In this document: positions 21,115 through 30,676 of the stretch, in pieces | How positions within the stretch are numbered: the first letter of the stretch is position 1 | How the letters are laid out: the number at the start of each line of letters is the position of its first letter | Source of the DNA: a virus | Virus record (IMG/VR): IMGVR_UViG_3300007735_000791 | Coordinates: 23,102-87,101 of that record | DNA length: 64,000 bases | Direction: 5' to 3' (one strand) | The notes under the pieces: generated by a model | What the model saw: only the letters and a program-made list of their open reading frames with translations | Told to the model about the DNA's origin: nothing | Databases searched by the model: none | Translations under genes and position numbers: made by a program

Positions 21115-22143
21115 ATGACAGATTACGAATCATTGGCATCAATTGTTTCCGCTATTCAAAAAAAGTATGGCGACGATGTTCTGATTAAAGGTTCAGACAT
21201 AAAAGAAGAAGTGCCTCGCATAACTACTGGCATACTTGCTTATGACTTGATGCTTGGTGGAGGATGGCCTTTAAACCAATGGTCAGAGATTATTGGTGAG
21301 GAATCATCTGGAAAGACAGCACTTGCATATAAAACTATTGCTGCTAATCAAGCAATTAATCCAGACTTTGTTGCTATGTGGATTGCTGCTGAGACTTATG
21401 TTCCTCAATACGCACGAGCCATTGGAGTTGACCTAGAACGTTTGTGGGTTGTAGAAACCAACATCATGGAACAAGTTTATGATTTGGTTATTAAAGCATT
21501 GGACAATCGCGCTGTTGACATGATTGTCATTGACTCGTTGCCATCGCTGGTTCCAGGAGACGAATCAGAAAAAATGATGGAAGAGTTTACAGTTGGTTTG
21601 GGTGCTCGTTTAACTGGCAAGTTCTTTCGCAAATCATCAAAGGCTCAACGCCGTTCCCTTATTAACGAAGACCGTCCTTGCACTGGGTTAGTCATAAACC
21701 AATGGCGTGAGAAGATTGGTGTCATGTGGGGAGACAACCGAACCACACCTGGTGGCAAAGCCAAAAACTTTCACTACTTCAGTCGTGTTGAAGTTAAACG
21801 AGACGAATGGATTAAAGAAAAAGAAGAAGCCATTGGTCAGACAATAAAGGCTCGCACAATCAAAAACAAAACTTACCGACCTCAACAAACCGCAGTTGTT
21901 GATTTTTATTTTACAAGCGCTGGTGGGTTTCGTTTAGGAGAGTTTGACGTCATTAAAGACGTCGTAAACATTGGCATTGCTGTTGGTTTAATTACTCGTT
22001 CTGGTCCATATTATTCTTATGGAACTCAAAAATGGCAAGGCAAAGACGCACTGGTATTGGCAATTCGTGAGGATTTAGACCTTCAACAAAAACTTAAGAA
22101 AGAAGCCTTTGACCACTTTAATCTTCGGGTTCCCACTCAATGA
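21115..22143 (+). CDS. recA: RecA-like recombinase
   Basis: LGGGWP, EIIGEESSGKT, VIDS, INQWREKIG, TTPGG.A. Confidence 0.95.
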   Translation: MTDYESLASIVSAIQKKYGDDVLIKGSDIKEEVPRITTGILAYDLMLGGGWPLNQWSEIIGEESSGKTALAYKTIAANQAINPDFVAMWIAAETYVPQYARAIGVDLERLWVVETNIMEQVYDLVIKALDNRAVDMIVIDSLPSLVPGDESEKMMEEFTVGLGARLTGKFFRKSSKAQRRSLINEDRPCTGLVINQWREKIGVMWGDNRTTPGGKAKNFHYFSRVEVKRDEWIKEKEEAIGQTIKARTIKNKTYRPQQTAVVDFYFTSAGGFRLGEFDVIKDVVNIGIAVGLITRSGPYYSYGTQKWQGKDALVLAIREDLDLQQKLKKEAFDHFNLRVPTQ

Positions 22144-22469
22144 TTCTTGGAGGAGATGGAGAACATAAACGAAGATTGAAGAAGTCTCGTAAACAGGAAG
22201 AAAAAACTGCTGCTCGTTATAAGGGCAGTAGGAACGCAGGTTCAGGGTCTGGATGGATGCGAAAGAACGACGTACGAAGCCACGAATTTCTTATTGAGAA
22301 TAAGTTTACGGACAATCTTAAACAGTATTCAGTAAAGATAAAAGACTTGATTGAGTTAGAACAACGGGCTATCTTTGAAGACAGAATTCCATTACTACAA
22401 TTTGAGATACAAAATAGGCGTTACGTGATTTTAACAGAAGATGATTTTACGAGTATGTTAAATGGCTGA
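22140..22469 (+). CDS. PD-(D/E)xK nuclease / resolvase-like protein
   Basis: SRKQE...AGSG....KNDV...LIENK motif. Confidence 0.7.
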   Translation: MILGGDGEHKRRLKKSRKQEEKTAARYKGSRNAGSGSGWMRKNDVRSHEFLIENKFTDNLKQYSVKIKDLIELEQRAIFEDRIPLLQFEIQNRRYVILTEDDFTSMLNG

Positions 22470-23361
22470 GTTAACTAGCGCAGACTTAGAGAGTCTTAAA
22501 AAGAATCTCAGAACAAAAGGTCGGTTGTTACCCATTGTTGCTGCTCAAGTAGAACTTGAAAACAATGAGAACACTCGCGAACGAGATACGGACTACTTGC
22601 ACCCCAGTCAAATTTGCAAACGCGATTGGTGTCCACGTTCATCAATGTACGAAATAAACAAAGAACCAGCAGACAAGGTTAAATCACACTCGTTTCAAAC
22701 CTTAAACATCTTTAGAACTGGTCATGACATTCACGAAAAGTGGCAAGGTTGGTTAGAGCGTTCTGGATTGATGAAACAATCAGAACTAAACATCTTTAAC
22801 GAAGAGTGCCATATAAAAGGAAATGCAGATGGTTTGATTGAAGATGCAATGGGCGAAGCCATACTAGAAATTAAAAGCGTAGGTGTTGGCACCGTTCGCA
22901 TGGAAAACATAGATTTGTACAAAGAGTATGACTCAGGAACTATAAGCATGGACGAGTTGTGGAAAAGGATAAGACAACCGTTTAGCACGCACCTTCGTCA
23001 GATTAATTTGTACATGTATGCAACAGGTGTACATCAAGGCATTATTTTGTACGAATGGAAACCAACTCAAGCAATTAAAGAGTTTGATGTTACTTATCAA
23101 CCAGCGTTGATTGAACATATTCTTGCCGCCGCACAACTTGTCAAACAACACCTAGAACAAGGTACTATTATTGACCGCCCTACTTGGGCAACAGAAGACC
23201 ATAAAACTTGTAAACAATGTCCATACAAAACAACATGTTGGAGGAACGATGCTGATAGACGACAGACTGACAAACAGCCAAGCAATGAAGAACTTTCTGG
23301 AGAAGTTTTCTCTTCCAGACAGGCCGAAAGGAAACTTACCAGAGATTCCAAAACATCTTGA
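22462..23361 (+). CDS. Cas4-like PD-(D/E)xK exonuclease
   Basis: HPS.IC...CPR, G..IH, GNADG, LEIKS, Q..LY, C..CPY...C. Confidence 0.85.
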   Translation: MAELTSADLESLKKNLRTKGRLLPIVAAQVELENNENTRERDTDYLHPSQICKRDWCPRSSMYEINKEPADKVKSHSFQTLNIFRTGHDIHEKWQGWLERSGLMKQSELNIFNEECHIKGNADGLIEDAMGEAILEIKSVGVGTVRMENIDLYKEYDSGTISMDELWKRIRQPFSTHLRQINLYMYATGVHQGIILYEWKPTQAIKEFDVTYQPALIEHILAAAQLVKQHLEQGTIIDRPTWATEDHKTCKQCPYKTTCWRNDADRRQTDKQPSNEELSGEVFSSRQAERKLTRDSKTS

Positions 23362-23740
23362 CGATTTGTCTGATGCTGATTTAATGGAACACTATTCTGA
23401 GTTCATGGCTTGGATTACATATTCTAAAACAGAATTAGTCACTGCTGAAATTACAGAAGAACGTTGTGCTAACGACGTTAAGTTGATAGAAGCAAAAACT
23501 TTGATTTTACAATGGAGCGGGGATAAGAACGATACCGTTACTTTGGCTAAGGCTCGCCGTGATACCGATGACAATGTTGTAAGTCTTCAAGAGTTACACC
23601 TTAATTCACGAGCCTATAGAAAATTAGTAGAGTCAGTCTTTGAGCGGTGTGAACGTGGTGCTCAAATACTGTCACGAGAGTTGAGTCGTCGCATTAGTGT
23701 TGCTCCTCAAGAAAGGCGTTTGGCTAGGTATCAACCGTGA
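23249..23740 (+). CDS. Helical protein, possible UvsY-like recombination mediator
   Basis: GGAGG RBS before the ATG; coiled-coil ending LSRELSRR; context of RecA/exonuclease. Confidence 0.45.
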   Translation: MLIDDRLTNSQAMKNFLEKFSLPDRPKGNLPEIPKHLDDLSDADLMEHYSEFMAWITYSKTELVTAEITEERCANDVKLIEAKTLILQWSGDKNDTVTLAKARRDTDDNVVSLQELHLNSRAYRKLVESVFERCERGAQILSRELSRRISVAPQERRLARYQP

Positions 23741-23907
23741 CAACTATCAGTGTTACGTGTTTAAAATGCAACGAAACTTTATTTCATAATCCACGTCAAA
23801 TAACTGGCTGTGTTTGCGACCCAGATGCTCCAACGTGGGTTTATATTGAACGAGATGGAACTGTAAAAGGGTTTAGTCAAGCAAAGTGGATTGTAAATGG
23901 GCAATAA
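23737..23907 (+). CDS. Small Cys-rich protein (not in the ORF track)
   Basis: Translated by hand: MTTISVTCLKCNETL...GCVCDPDAPTW...; GTGA overlap. Confidence 0.55.
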   Translation: MTTISVTCLKCNETLFHNPRQITGCVCDPDAPTWVYIERDGTVKGFSQAKWIVNGQ

Positions 23908-24262
23908 ACATAAAGCCAAAGGAACGGCGTTTGAAACGCTGATTAAAGATTACTTAATATCCAAAAACTTTACAGAAGCACGTAGAGCAGTATTAGCAGG
24001 AGAAAATGACACTGGTGATATACACGGTATACAGCAAGAAACAACACTTCGTAACGCTTGTTTACAATGTAAGAACCAAAAGAAATGGGATTTAAGTGGT
24101 TGGTTAAACGCAACAATTGAACAGGCACGTCGTTTAAAAAATGCCCTTCCAGTTTTAATTGTAAAACGTCCTGGAAAAGGGTCAAAAGCAGTCGGAGACT
24201 CATATGTTGTGATGAGGTTGGATGACTTTGTAGAACTACTACGAGAGGCTAATTACAAGTAA
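23897..24262 (+). CDS. Holliday junction resolvase (archaeal/actinophage type)
   Basis: KAKGTAFE, DTGDI, QCKN, LIVKR, YVVMRL.DF. Confidence 0.85.
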   Translation: MGNKHKAKGTAFETLIKDYLISKNFTEARRAVLAGENDTGDIHGIQQETTLRNACLQCKNQKKWDLSGWLNATIEQARRLKNALPVLIVKRPGKGSKAVGDSYVVMRLDDFVELLREANYK

Positions 24263-24298
24263 CCTAGTTATGTAACAATTTGATTAACTAGGAGTATT

Positions 24299-24589
24299 AT
24301 GTCTCAAGAACTAAACGCAAACATTGACGATTTTCTAAAAGTCTCTGGAAGTAGCAGTCCACAAAGTGTTGGCTCAATCATTGCTCGTGCTGTCAATGCA
24401 GGGCAGTATCCAAAGATTCGCGCTATTGGTGCTGGCGCTGTAAACCAAGCAGTAAAAGCATGTGCTATTGCTCGTGGTTTTGTTGCACCAAGAGGATTAG
24501 ACCTCGTTTACATCATTGGATTTGATGATATTATTGGAGAGAACGGTGAAAACATCTCAGCAATATCATTTAAACCCGTAGTGAGGTAA
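24299..24589 (+). CDS. spoVS: SpoVS-family protein
   Basis: LKVS..S.P.SV...IA...AIGAGAVNQAVKA.AIARGFVAP.G.DL, the SpoVS signature. Confidence 0.9.
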   Translation: MSQELNANIDDFLKVSGSSSPQSVGSIIARAVNAGQYPKIRAIGAGAVNQAVKACAIARGFVAPRGLDLVYIIGFDDIIGENGENISAISFKPVVR

Positions 24590-24591
24590 GC

Positions 24592-24981
24592 ATGGCAACA
24601 CATGACAGAGCAGGAAATGCATACGGCTCTCCTGCTACAGCAAAAACTAACGCACAACGTGGAAGTCGTGATGTGGCTGGTGGAGGAGTTGTAGCAAGGT
24701 ACTCTGCCGCAACTCGCAATGCACAACCGATAACTCCAGAGCAAGAAAAATCTAGCATTGCTGCTGGTAAAACTCCTCAATCTCAATTAGGAAGTCAAGC
24801 AGAATATAAAGTTACAAATGCTTCCAATGCTCCTAAAGGCGCAACAATGAATCAAGTAAAAAGTGCTTACAAAACCGCTCGTAAAAGTGGCATGAGTCCT
24901 GATGATGCACGTGGACAAGCGCTCAATAGTAATCAAAGACAAATAAAAATGTCTAGTGATGCTTACGGTAATCAAGTTTAA
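24592..24981 (+). CDS. Low-complexity hypothetical protein
   Basis: GAGG RBS; Ala/Ser/Lys-rich. Confidence 0.55.
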   Translation: MATHDRAGNAYGSPATAKTNAQRGSRDVAGGGVVARYSAATRNAQPITPEQEKSSIAAGKTPQSQLGSQAEYKVTNASNAPKGATMNQVKSAYKTARKSGMSPDDARGQALNSNQRQIKMSSDAYGNQV

Positions 24982-24983
24982 AT

Positions 24984-25124
24984 ATGTCTGAAGGTCGTCG
25001 CAAACCAGGGTCTCGTAGCAAGACTCGTTACTACCGAAAGAAAGGACAAGTGCGTCCCGTTTCACCATTTGGTGGTGCCGCAGGTGGTTTTATGGGTGGA
25101 CCTAGTGCAGGTGGAATGTCGTAG
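24984..25124 (+). CDS. 46-aa basic/Gly-rich peptide (not in the ORF track)
   Basis: MSEGRRKPGSRSKTRYYRKKG...GGAAGGFMGG; fills the gap exactly. Confidence 0.45.
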   Translation: MSEGRRKPGSRSKTRYYRKKGQVRPVSPFGGAAGGFMGGPSAGGMS

Positions 25125-25612
25125 TGGCAGCAAATACTTTTACATCTTGGAATAGCCCTGCAGAACCACCTGGAGTAGGTACATCTGTTTCATTTGGAAA
25201 CGCTCCAGTATTCCGCAGCAACAAAGACAAAATGCTTTCTGGTTACAGGAACACTCCAGACGCACAGTATCCAGATGGATACCTAGGAACAATGTCGTCC
25301 AACAGAAGGCAAGACAAAGTTCTTGGAACATTGAGCAGAATGAATGCTCGTCAATACTCTCGTGGTGTGCATAAAGGAGAACGAATTAACGCAGGAGATT
25401 ATCTGTGGCCTGACGAGTTCAACAAATGGACTGCACTACAACTTCAAGAACAGGGTCTTAAGTTTGCACCTCCAGGTGCTGAGCCAGTTCGCTTGATGCG
25501 TGATGGTAACTATGCTCCTCGCGGAATTCCACGTGACCAAGAAAAACCAGAAACTTACAATAACCCAGAACGTCGTGCAAAATTAAAAGTTCTTGCACCA
25601 GCATGGAGGTAA
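25124..25612 (+). CDS. Hypothetical protein
   Basis: YPDGYLGT..SRR.DK and RGVHKGERI motifs; coupled start. Confidence 0.65.
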   Translation: MAANTFTSWNSPAEPPGVGTSVSFGNAPVFRSNKDKMLSGYRNTPDAQYPDGYLGTMSSNRRQDKVLGTLSRMNARQYSRGVHKGERINAGDYLWPDEFNKWTALQLQEQGLKFAPPGAEPVRLMRDGNYAPRGIPRDQEKPETYNNPERRAKLKVLAPAWR

Positions 25613-25614
25613 CT

Positions 25615-25923
25615 ATGCAAGCCAAAATTTATAACCTTGACGAATACCGAGCAAGGAAAACTTCTACAATTAAAAAAGATAAAGGAGTAGATACGTCTAC
25701 TCACCCTTCTCGTAGAGTAGACCGTCAAAGCAGGTTAGATAAAGTAATTAATAAAATTGGGGACTCCGTAGGTTTTCCAAGAACTTCTGTGCTGTTTACA
25801 GATTCGGAAGATGAGATTAGTCAAGACACTGACCCTACACCCCCGCAAGGCATTAAAAGACCTGTAGAAATGTACGACCAAGAAAAAGACGAACCTCAGT
25901 TTTACGACCAAGACAAAGATTAA
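25615..25923 (+). CDS. Hypothetical protein
   Basis: GGAGG RBS; internal DTSTHPSRR motif. Confidence 0.6.
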   Translation: MQAKIYNLDEYRARKTSTIKKDKGVDTSTHPSRRVDRQSRLDKVINKIGDSVGFPRTSVLFTDSEDEISQDTDPTPPQGIKRPVEMYDQEKDEPQFYDQDKD

Positions 25924-25926
25924 GTA

Positions 25927-27237
25927 ATGCCTGGTAGAAACGAACCACCAAGCAATCTTGGGGATATGCGTGGCGCTCAAGCACGCCGTAATACACCAAG
26001 AAGAAGTTCTGAATTTTTAAAAAACATTGATGCTGTGTTAAGAGAAGTAGACGACAGTCAAGCCGTTCGTGAAGCAAAAAAAGCAAAAAACACAGCAGAG
26101 ATAGAAAAGATATTTCCAGGTGTTGAAGAAGATGAAAAAACACTTTCTGGAATGTACGAACCAGCACTTCACAATTATCCTTTTGATGAAGATGTTGTTA
26201 GACCTAGACGACCAGACTTTATTGATTACATTTCTCCAAGCGATGAGTTAACTCTCAACCAAGCGCAAAGAATGTTTCCAGCATCAAAACAACACGTGCA
26301 ACAAGGAACTGGTCCAAGAAGTGCAATGGGTACGTCAGAAAGACGTTATCACCAATTTGAAGAAAGTGACCTTGACCCAGATACGCGCACTGATTTTGGC
26401 ACGGATAGAGACGAGCGAGACTATATAGGTTTTCAACAAGAAGGACCATCTAACTACCCTGTAGATTCACCTGCATATTGGTACCAATTAGATAGTCGCT
26501 CTCATAATCCTGAAGTTAGGCGTGCTGCAGCCACTTTTACTGACCGTGAACAGAGGGCTAGTGCAAGACAATTTTACAACAGAAACGCTTCTAGAGCCGC
26601 CGCTTCTATTTTGGGAACTTCTAGAAGAAGTCGCACCTCTGAAGTAGGTCCAGTTACAAACACACCCACTGCTGCAGAATTAATGGCTCAAGGAAACCCA
26701 GCACGCGCTGGTGGTCGTAGTGGTGGCAGGCACAATTTTGCAGGTATTGCATCACCGCCTTATTCCCTAGGAAGATTGCCAAGCGATTTAAATCCAAGAC
26801 GTCGTAATGTTGAAACTGACTATACTGTTTTTTCATATAGCACACCTATTGCTTGGAGAACAACTCAAGGTCATTGGGAAGTTCCACGAGTTAATTATTC
26901 TAGAACTACTCAAAGACACCAAAGTGCTATTAGAAGAGCATTGAGTAACTCATATCATTCTCCACTTCAAGAAGCAAGTTATAGAGTTTCTGATTTGCGA
27001 CAACAACATTTAGAACAAGGCATACGTCTTCCTTCAAAAAATTATCAACTTAATATAAGTTTTGAAACATTTCATCCCGAACCACCGTCGGAAGATACAA
27101 TTAATAGAATTGTAGAAGACCATGTTCAACAAGTTATAAATCCAGCCATTGAACGATATCGTCGTAGACCAAGTGTTCAAAGGCGGCAAGGTCAAGCAAA
27201 CCAACCTCAACTACCTTTAGAAGGAGGCAATGAATAA
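25927..27237 (+). CDS. Largely disordered protein with one small globular domain
   Basis: 436-aa ORF; YTVFSYSTPIAW...YSRTTQRHQ domain. Confidence 0.65.
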   Translation: MPGRNEPPSNLGDMRGAQARRNTPRRSSEFLKNIDAVLREVDDSQAVREAKKAKNTAEIEKIFPGVEEDEKTLSGMYEPALHNYPFDEDVVRPRRPDFIDYISPSDELTLNQAQRMFPASKQHVQQGTGPRSAMGTSERRYHQFEESDLDPDTRTDFGTDRDERDYIGFQQEGPSNYPVDSPAYWYQLDSRSHNPEVRRAAATFTDREQRASARQFYNRNASRAAASILGTSRRSRTSEVGPVTNTPTAAELMAQGNPARAGGRSGGRHNFAGIASPPYSLGRLPSDLNPRRRNVETDYTVFSYSTPIAWRTTQGHWEVPRVNYSRTTQRHQSAIRRALSNSYHSPLQEASYRVSDLRQQHLEQGIRLPSKNYQLNISFETFHPEPPSEDTINRIVEDHVQQVINPAIERYRRRPSVQRRQGQANQPQLPLEGGNE

Positions 27238-27538
27238 TATGGCATCTAAACCTTGGGCTTCCAGACAAGAAATGTTGGTTGACATCGCTCTGGAATCAGC
27301 AGTTTCAGACCCAGAAACCATTCGCCAGATTAGACCAGTAGTTCCTCAACAACTTATGCCAGAGCGTAACGGGTTTGCTAAACGTGAATCAGGTATAATG
27401 GACGTGTTGTCGTTACAACGTTACAATCCGACGTACCGTTCTTGGGTTTCAGGAGCGCCAGTCATGTTTCGTAATGGTTTTATTGATGACAGTTTTGAAG
27501 GTTCTAGTCGTTATTCAATGCAAAGTCTGTGGGTATAA
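27230..27538 (+). CDS. Hypothetical protein
   Basis: GGAGG RBS; tiles in the operon. Confidence 0.6.
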   Translation: MNNMASKPWASRQEMLVDIALESAVSDPETIRQIRPVVPQQLMPERNGFAKRESGIMDVLSLQRYNPTYRSWVSGAPVMFRNGFIDDSFEGSSRYSMQSLWV

Positions 27539-28558
27539 ATGCCAGTTAATCCATTTCAAACGGTGGCAGAAATGTCATGGGGCGATTACAAAACCAAGAA
27601 GTCTGGCTATGTTCAGTCACCACAAGCACAGTCTAGCCTTGCAGGTCAAGGTCACAGAAGCAAAGGATGGGCGCCAGGAGCACCTGAAGCCACATTAGAA
27701 GCACCGAGAGCAGGAGGCAAAATGCCTATGGGTAATGCAAATATTGGTCGTCCAGATTATGGAAGTCAACAACCACAACAAAGGCAAAGTCGTAGGGCGT
27801 CCTTTGGTGGAATGGGCGCAGGCGCAACTAAAGGCGGCGGCAGTGGAATGACTGCTGGTGGTGACATCAAGTTTGATTTGAGCATTGGTAAAACCGATTA
27901 CCGTGGTGCAGATATGCAAGGTGCTCGTATTGGAGCATCAGGAATGGGTGCTAAAACTTCAGACAGTAACCTTGGAGACATTGACCAATCACAAGGATAC
28001 ACTCCAACTACCACTGGTCCTAAGGCTGGCTCATCACGTGGTGGTGCTGGTGCTGCTGGTAAAGGTGGCTCTGGAGGAGCAAAGGCTGGTGCAGGTTCAG
28101 GACCAGGAGGTGCTGGAGGCGCAGGTCGCGGAGGCGCAGGCGGTAATTCTGCCCGTGGTGGAGATACAGGAGATATGACTACTAGCATGGATGGTCAAAA
28201 AATGGGTAGCCCAGTTTTAAACATTGGTAGAAACCGAATTGACAGCGACAATATTAGTCGTAGAAGTAATACCCGCACCACTAAAACAGACGTTAGTGCA
28301 TCTGGTTCAGCCACAGCAAGCGCTGATACCAAAACTGATGCTCGTAAAACCGTTCCAACGAAGACTAAAAAAGAAAAAACTACTGCGGAACCTACTAATG
28401 CTTCTGCACCAAAAGAAGACCCAAAAGAAGACCCAAAAGCAGAGTCAGTAGGAAAAGAAACAGTTAAAACAAAAGCAAAAAAGGCTGTTTCTAAAGCCAC
28501 AAAAACACCTCCAGTAGCATTAACTAAAAATACTAAAAAGAAAGGTGCTAAAAAATAA
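27539..28558 (+). CDS. Gly/Ala-rich protein with Lys-rich C-terminus
   Basis: Composition of the 339-aa ORF. Confidence 0.65.
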   Translation: MPVNPFQTVAEMSWGDYKTKKSGYVQSPQAQSSLAGQGHRSKGWAPGAPEATLEAPRAGGKMPMGNANIGRPDYGSQQPQQRQSRRASFGGMGAGATKGGGSGMTAGGDIKFDLSIGKTDYRGADMQGARIGASGMGAKTSDSNLGDIDQSQGYTPTTTGPKAGSSRGGAGAAGKGGSGGAKAGAGSGPGGAGGAGRGGAGGNSARGGDTGDMTTSMDGQKMGSPVLNIGRNRIDSDNISRRSNTRTTKTDVSASGSATASADTKTDARKTVPTKTKKEKTTAEPTNASAPKEDPKEDPKAESVGKETVKTKAKKAVSKATKTPPVALTKNTKKKGAKK

Positions 28559-28914
28559 TGGCAACTGACCATCGCGGAAATCCGATTAACGAAAATAATC
28601 GTGCCAAAACTAATAAAGACCGTATGGGGTTATCTGATGAACAGATAGAAAATCCAGACGGAACATTTAGGCAACTTAGTAAGCGCGACCTTGCAGAGGG
28701 CTGGGAAGAAGGTTCAATGACATACCCAGATGGTACAACGGTTTATCCAGAACCTTACGAAGAAATAGACGACGACGAAGACCCTGAACAAATAAGGCGG
28801 GCAGAACAATACGCCCAAGAAATGTACGATTATCATAGAATGATGCAAACTCCAGACAGGGTATATGGCAAAGACGAAATGATTGAACACGATAGAGACG
28901 ACGACAAATACTAA
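28558..28914 (+). CDS. Acidic hypothetical protein
   Basis: TAATG coupling. Confidence 0.6.
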   Translation: MATDHRGNPINENNRAKTNKDRMGLSDEQIENPDGTFRQLSKRDLAEGWEEGSMTYPDGTTVYPEPYEEIDDDEDPEQIRRAEQYAQEMYDYHRMMQTPDRVYGKDEMIEHDRDDDKY

Positions 28915-28951
28915 GATATACTTTAGTAACAACTGATATACAGGAGAAACT

Positions 28952-29161
28952 ATGGCAGTAAACGAATCCCGTTCAATGAACCGAGATTTAGTGCTTGGTG
29001 CTACAGACGGTAAATTTAAAAGCCTTACACCAAGTCGTGGTGGAGAAGTAGACCCAACATCTCCAGCAGTACGAGCACATGAACTTCAACTTCAATACAA
29101 CGTGGTTGACCGTTCTGAAATTGCTGACATGCCTGCAGCCCAATGGGGTCGCCGCAATTAA
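28952..29161 (+). CDS. Hypothetical protein
   Basis: AGGAG RBS; MAVNESRSMN start. Confidence 0.6.
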   Translation: MAVNESRSMNRDLVLGATDGKFKSLTPSRGGEVDPTSPAVRAHELQLQYNVVDRSEIADMPAAQWGRRN

Positions 29162-29163
29162 TA

Positions 29164-29364
29164 ATGGCTGACGGAGAAGATACTAGGTATCATCCAAAAA
29201 GAAGAATTGTTCGTATCATTAGAGACCCGTTTGAAGAGCAAAGACAATATAGCAGTCAATCAAAGTCTTACGGTCCAGTTAGAAGTAGTTCTGAAGAACG
29301 GCGACGAGAAATAGATGCCGCTTACCTATATAATCAATACTTTGATGGAGAAAGTGATAACTAA
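29164..29364 (+). CDS. Hypothetical protein with N-terminal DTRYHPKRR tag
   Basis: Tiles in the operon. Confidence 0.55.
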   Translation: MADGEDTRYHPKRRIVRIIRDPFEEQRQYSSQSKSYGPVRSSSEERRREIDAAYLYNQYFDGESDN

Positions 29365-29549
29365 TGGCTAGAGGAAAACCAGAAGAATTTAATCCAAAGC
29401 GACGTCCTCGTAAACCTACGGACCCCATTCCAGACGATGAACTTATGGATGAGGTAAAAAAAGCATTTCCAGGGTCAACTGAAATTGAAGATGAACCTAA
29501 AACCCCACCACTTGAAGATTGGGGAATGGATTGGAACGAAGATGACTAA
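29364..29549 (+). CDS. Hypothetical protein with N-terminal GKPEEFNPKRRP tag
   Basis: TAATG coupling; N-terminus nearly identical to that of the 55624 ORF. Confidence 0.6.
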   Translation: MARGKPEEFNPKRRPRKPTDPIPDDELMDEVKKAFPGSTEIEDEPKTPPLEDWGMDWNEDD

Positions 29550-29709
29550 GAAAAAAGAAAAAAAAGTTTGGGATAAAAAGAATCCTAAAAAGAAATCAGA
29601 GAAACTTGATTCGTCTGAAAAGGCTGAGGCAAAAGCCCGTGCTAAAAAAGCAGGACGTCCATACCCCAACCTTGTAGACAACATGGCAGTAGCAAAGAAG
29701 AAAGGTTAA
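29542..29709 (+). CDS. Small basic protein
   Basis: AKARAKKAGRPYPNLVDNM motif. Confidence 0.65.
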   Translation: MTKKKEKKVWDKKNPKKKSEKLDSSEKAEAKARAKKAGRPYPNLVDNMAVAKKKG

Positions 29710-29711
29710 TT

Positions 29712-29828
29712 ATGAAAGATAAAAAGAAATTATCGCCAAAACAAAAAAAGATTGCATCAGCATCTGCTCCTCACGACAAGATTACTGGTGAAGACTTTAA
29801 GGCTCTTAAAAAGAAAAAGAAAAAATAG
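29712..29828 (+). CDS. 38-aa Lys-rich peptide (not in the ORF track)
   Basis: MKDKKKLSPKQKKIASASAPHDKITGEDFKALKKKKKK. Confidence 0.55.
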   Translation: MKDKKKLSPKQKKIASASAPHDKITGEDFKALKKKKKK

Positions 29829-29950
29829 TGGTTAAGAAGTTAACTGCTGCTGAAAAATACTCTCAATTAAAAAGTCAAACAGAAGACGCTGGTATGAGTG
29901 TAAAAGAAAAAAACCGTAAAATTGTTGTAACTAAGAAAAAGAAAAAATAA
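29828..29950 (+). CDS. 40-aa Lys-rich peptide (not in the ORF track)
   Basis: GTG start overlaps TAG; its stop overlaps the next ATG. Confidence 0.5.
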   Translation: MVKKLTAAEKYSQLKSQTEDAGMSVKEKNRKIVVTKKKKK

Positions 29951-30219
29951 TGGCTAAATCACCTGCTTGGCAACGCAAAGAAGGAAAGAACCCAGAGGGT
30001 GGATTAAATGCCAAAGGTCGTGCTTCTGCCAAAAAAGAAGGGCACAACCTCAAACCACCAGTGTCTAAAGAACAAGCCAAGAAGTCTCCTAAATCGGCTG
30101 CTCGTCGCAAATCGTTCTGTGCAAGAATGGAAGGTATGAAAAAGAAGAATACCTCTGCCAAGACAGCCCGTGACCCAGACAGTCGTATCAATAAATCATT
30201 GCGTAAATGGGACTGTTGA
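29950..30219 (+). CDS. DUF6321-like basic phage protein
   Basis: PAWQRKEGKNP.GGLNAKGRAS...RRKSFCARM...DPDSRINKSLRKWDC. Confidence 0.75.
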   Translation: MAKSPAWQRKEGKNPEGGLNAKGRASAKKEGHNLKPPVSKEQAKKSPKSAARRKSFCARMEGMKKKNTSAKTARDPDSRINKSLRKWDC

Positions 30220-30240
30220 TTTCTACATTTACACATAGTC

Positions 30241-30609
30241 ATGCCTAAACCTAATGGACCACAGTTTCAACCAATCATATTAAAAAATCAGTTTGGTAGA
30301 GAGCGTACTTTTAAAGCGCTATACCATGGCACTGTTAATCCTATTCCAGAAAACGAAAACATTATTCCAGCATCTCACCGCCATCCTGAAGGCATAGGGC
30401 GTAAAACCGCCGTTGCTACGCCATCATTATCAGTAGCAAAAAGGTTTGCAGGACATCCCGAAGGTTATGTATATAGAGTTGAACCTTTGGATAGAGATGA
30501 TATGAACTCAACTTGGTATCAACCAATTCGCTATTGGCGAAAAGGGGCTATTGAAGTTCCATCAAATAAAGGTTTTCGGATTATTGAGCAAATTCATCCT
30601 AAATCTTGA
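30241..30609 (+). CDS. Arr-like ADP-ribosyltransferase-fold protein
   Basis: LYHGT, ATPSLSVAKRFA, GYVYRVEP, S.KGFRII. Confidence 0.65.
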   Translation: MPKPNGPQFQPIILKNQFGRERTFKALYHGTVNPIPENENIIPASHRHPEGIGRKTAVATPSLSVAKRFAGHPEGYVYRVEPLDRDDMNSTWYQPIRYWRKGAIEVPSNKGFRIIEQIHPKS

Positions 30610-30676
30610 AATACTATAACGTATTATTCATAACAAACATGGGACTGTTAAAATAGTATAAAATATACTAAACACT

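Noticed and set aside
13117-22143. Inteins or introns in DnaB, PolA or RecA
   Set aside because: Lengths are normal and no intein termini or LAGLIDADG motifs were seen; the PolA exonuclease inserts are short and in frame.
22462-23361. CRISPR-Cas locus suggested by the Cas4-like gene
   Set aside because: No repeat-spacer array or other cas genes were seen; the context (RecA, resolvases) fits a phage recombination exonuclease.
28409-28438. Short tandem repeat CCAAAAGAAGAC
   Set aside because: In-frame PKED duplication in a low-complexity protein.
30241-30609. Rifampin-resistance gene (arr)
   Set aside because: Only fold-level motifs match; substrate specificity cannot be inferred, so no gene symbol was assigned.
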